Part shown: piece after piece, positions 61,700 to 64,000 of the stretch | Numbering within the stretch: position 1 is the first letter of the stretch | Layout of the letters: each line of letters opens with the position of its first letter | Assembly (NCBI GenBank): GCA_965217895.1 | Contig: CBDCJV010000002.1 | Location: 3,584,001 to 3,648,000, forward strand | Direction: 5' to 3' | Source of the DNA: Waterburya sp. | GTDB lineage: Bacteria; Cyanobacteriota; Cyanobacteriia; Cyanobacteriales; Xenococcaceae | Length of the DNA stretch: 64,000 nt | Translations under genes and position numbers: made by a program | The notes under the pieces: model-generated | Told to the model about the DNA's origin: nothing | What the model saw: only the letters and a program-made list of their open reading frames with translations | The model's database searches: none

Positions 61700-62161
61700 A
61701 TGATTAAAACCGACCTGGAATATGATGTCTGGCTGGATACCCAGATTGAATTACTAAAGATGGGTAATTTAAGGGAACTGGATGTAGCCAATTTGATAGA
61801 GGAACTAGAAGACTTGGGTAGATCGCAAAAGGCTGCGTGTAGAAGTTTGGTCTACCAAATTATATTGCACAAATTGTTTTGTGATTACTGGACAGCAGAA
61901 AGAGAGAGAAATCTAGGTCACTGGGAAGCTGAAATTATTGCCTTTCAGTTTCAGTTAACTGATCATCTAACAACTAATATTCGCAACCATTTGGAAGACG
62001 AGCTGCATAAAATTTACCTCAAAGTTTTGAAAGCTGCTCTGGCTAAAGCCACTCTCTCCTTAGATCCTAATCCTACTATTGTTGGATCTATGAAGATGAA
62101 GACTATGGTTGCTTTTCCTAACTCATGTCCTTATACCCTAGACCAAATTATTGGTGAATAA
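61700..62161 (+). CDS. DUF29 family protein
   Basis: LDVANLIEELEDLGRSQ, FPNSCPYTLDQI. Confidence 0.82.
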   Translation: MIKTDLEYDVWLDTQIELLKMGNLRELDVANLIEELEDLGRSQKAACRSLVYQIILHKLFCDYWTAERERNLGHWEAEIIAFQFQLTDHLTTNIRNHLEDELHKIYLKVLKAALAKATLSLDPNPTIVGSMKMKTMVAFPNSCPYTLDQIIGE

Positions 62162-62359
62162 AAACACTGCAAGCCTAATTGCCTTACAGTCAGCAAAAAT
62201 CTGCCAATTGTAGATCTTCCGTCCTAAAAGAGATCGCAAAATAAATATCAGAAATTAGCTGAATCAATTGAATTTTGGTATGGCCTTTCCCTTCAACTTG
62301 TCTTTCTTTAAGAGAAGTACCGCTAAATTAAGTGCAGATTATGGGTTAAACTTTTATTA

Positions 62360-62430
62360 ATTGAGAATAATTCCTATAAGGTAACAAAATTTATCTATCT
62401 GCCATGGCAACTGAGAATAGATACATAATT
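62360..62430 (+). promoter_or_regulatory. Putative Fur boxes upstream of the iron ABC ATPase
   Basis: ATTGAGAATAATTCCTAT and ACTGAGAATAG resemble the FurA box ATTGAGAATNATTCTCAAT. Confidence 0.55.
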
Positions 62431-62452
62431 TCAGTTGGCAAAGTAATCAAAT

Positions 62453-63616
62453 ATGAAACAACCAGTAATTCTTCAGCTTCATAATATTAGTAAGACTTTT
62501 CCTAATCAAACAATATCTTCGGTAAAAAACTTTCACAGCAAAGTTTTAGATGATGTAAGTCTTACTTTAAAGCATGGAGAATTACTCGGTCTACTCGGAC
62601 CATCGGGATGCGGAAAAACTACCTTACTAAGGGTTGTCGCTGGGTTTGAATCAATTTCTGAAGGAACGGTTGAAATAGCAGGAAAAATAGTATCTACCAA
62701 CTGTAGCTCTCTAGCTGCGGAAAAGCGCAATACAGGCATGGTATTTCAAGATTATGCTCTATTTCCCCACCTGACAGTGGCAGAAAATATTGCCTTTGGT
62801 TTAAAAAATCAGGGAAACAAACGCAGCAGCGGTATTTTTGCTCATCAAAAAGCATCCAAGGTTCAAATCAAACAGAGAGTAGGTGAAGTTTTAGAATTAG
62901 TGGGATTGAGTGGTTTAGAAAAACGCTATCCTCATCAGCTATCTGGAGGGCAACAACAGCGTATATCCCTAGCTAGAGCTTTAGCACCTCAACCTTCTCT
63001 GATCTTGCTAGATGAACCTCTGAGTAATTTAGATGTTCAGGTACGTCATCGCTTAAGGGGAGAAATTCGCTCAATCCTTAAAGCAGCAAAAACTTCAGCT
63101 ATTTTTGTCACCCACGATCGCGAAGAGGCTTTGGCTATTTCCGATCAAATTGCCGTCATGCGTAACGGTAAGCTAGAGCAGATAGGTACTCCAGAACAAA
63201 TTTATCTCAATCCTGCATCTCGTTTTGTGGCTGAGTTTGTAACTCAGGCTAATTTTCTCCCCGCTACTAGAAAAGGCGGCTTTTGGCTGACAGAAATTGG
63301 CGAGATAGAAGCAGCAAAAGCAAACGCGATTATGAATTCAGATGAGACATCGGCAAAACAAGGAGATTTGATGTTACGCCAGGAAGATATTGTGCTGGTT
63401 GCCGACAGTGCTTCTAAGATAACGGTTATCGAAAGACAGTTTCTCGGTAGAGAATATCATTACACCGTGGAAACAGCTTCAGGAAAGAGAATCCAAGCTC
63501 GTACTAACTTGAATAAGGCGATCGCCCTTGGCACAAACGTTAGCCTATCATTTAACATTTCCTCTCCGCGTATATTTCTCTCTTTAGTCAAAAATTCCCT
63601 AGCCGTAGTCGGCTAG
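62453..63616 (+). CDS. futC: Fe3+ ABC transporter ATP-binding subunit (FutC type)
   Basis: GPSGCGKTT, VFQDYALFPHL, LSGGQQQR, DEPLSNLD, TOBE tail; Fur-like box upstream. Confidence 0.72.
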   Translation: MKQPVILQLHNISKTFPNQTISSVKNFHSKVLDDVSLTLKHGELLGLLGPSGCGKTTLLRVVAGFESISEGTVEIAGKIVSTNCSSLAAEKRNTGMVFQDYALFPHLTVAENIAFGLKNQGNKRSSGIFAHQKASKVQIKQRVGEVLELVGLSGLEKRYPHQLSGGQQQRISLARALAPQPSLILLDEPLSNLDVQVRHRLRGEIRSILKAAKTSAIFVTHDREEALAISDQIAVMRNGKLEQIGTPEQIYLNPASRFVAEFVTQANFLPATRKGGFWLTEIGEIEAAKANAIMNSDETSAKQGDLMLRQEDIVLVADSASKITVIERQFLGREYHYTVETASGKRIQARTNLNKAIALGTNVSLSFNISSPRIFLSLVKNSLAVVG

Positions 63617-63754
63617 AATTTAGACGAAACCTTTATGAATACCTTGAGCCTGAAAACGCTTTTTCCTTTGCTATATTCGCTTTTTAGCGAAGAGAAATTG
63701 GTTGTAATCTGTCGAAGAGGAGGGAAGTAAGAGTCAGCCTGTTATCACAGGCGA

Positions 63755-63827
63755 AGCTGGCAACAGGACTTGAACCTGCGACCGGCTGATTACAAATCAG
63801 CTGCTCTACCAACTGAGCTACGCCAGC
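63755..63827 (-). tRNA. tRNA-Thr(TGT)
   Basis: GCTGGCGTAGCTCAGTTGGTAGAGCAGCTGATTTGTAATCAGCCGGTCGCAGGTTCAAGTCCTGTTGCCAGC cloverleaf. Confidence 0.95.
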
Positions 63828-63906
63828 ACATAGAAATACATAATAACAGACTATTTAATACATGAGCAAGTTTTTCTTGGGGTTGATAAATTTTAACCCC
63901 AAATTC

Positions 63907-64000
63907 TTATGCCATACTACTTTCAATTGCCCAGCGTGCTAGTTCAGTACGATTATTAAGACTAGTTTTATTGAGCATATTTGATACATGACTCTCAATA
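63907..64000 (-). CDS. C-terminal end of a NarL/LuxR-family regulator (continues beyond the window)
   Basis: IESHVSNMLNKTSLNNRTELARWAIESSMA*. Confidence 0.75.
   Translation of the reverse strand, partial: IESHVSNMLNKTSLNNRTELARWAIESSMA

Noticed and set aside
1896..62739. Many short ORFs overlapping larger genes on the opposite strand or in another frame
   Set aside because: Shadow ORFs with no recognisable motifs.
63755..63827. tRNA as a prophage or island attachment site
   Set aside because: No duplicated tRNA 3' end or integrase found in the window.
1..64000. CRISPR array
   Set aside because: No regularly spaced repeat-spacer array and no cas genes; the island repeats are 0.7-2.1 kb apart.
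1..64000. High density of GCGATCGC
   Set aside because: Ordinary cyanobacterial HIP1; only split or junction-associated copies are reported.

Overview
AT-rich cyanobacterial chromosome segment. Evidence: dense HIP1 GCGATCGC octamers, STRR heptamer runs, psbX, ycf39, ycf66, FurC and ferredoxin-SiR. The core genes are aplA-like/nblB-like, ycf39, holB, a Cu P1B-ATPase, glpK, ycf66-psbX-yggT, glcE/glcF, ubiC, a PRK paralogue, crr6, furC, sir, futC and tRNA-Thr. Several accessory blocks interrupt them. (1) A decayed ISAs1 element filled with nested GC-rich hairpin inserts, one with 47-bp arms showing compensatory base changes. (2) A decaying purine-uptake cassette with a predicted NtcA promoter (porin broken by a 27-bp palindrome, NCS2 permease, racemase stub) between two copies of an EamA 5' region. 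(3) A Wzy-type EPS locus with a Tat-type GH10 and nearby MITEs. (4) An FHA-FHA-ABC transporter divergent from a sigma-70-like/DUF1822 pair. (5) A ~4.6-kb island upstream of glcE in which three toxin-antitoxin pairs and an RmuC are each preceded by a ~35-bp repeat beginning at a HIP1 site, like a cassette array. (6) An orphan mysD-HAD-TauD operon. The strongest candidates for an undescribed system are the HIP1-anchored cassette array and the structure-conserved small mobile hairpins. All family assignments come from motif recognition by eye; no database searches were run.
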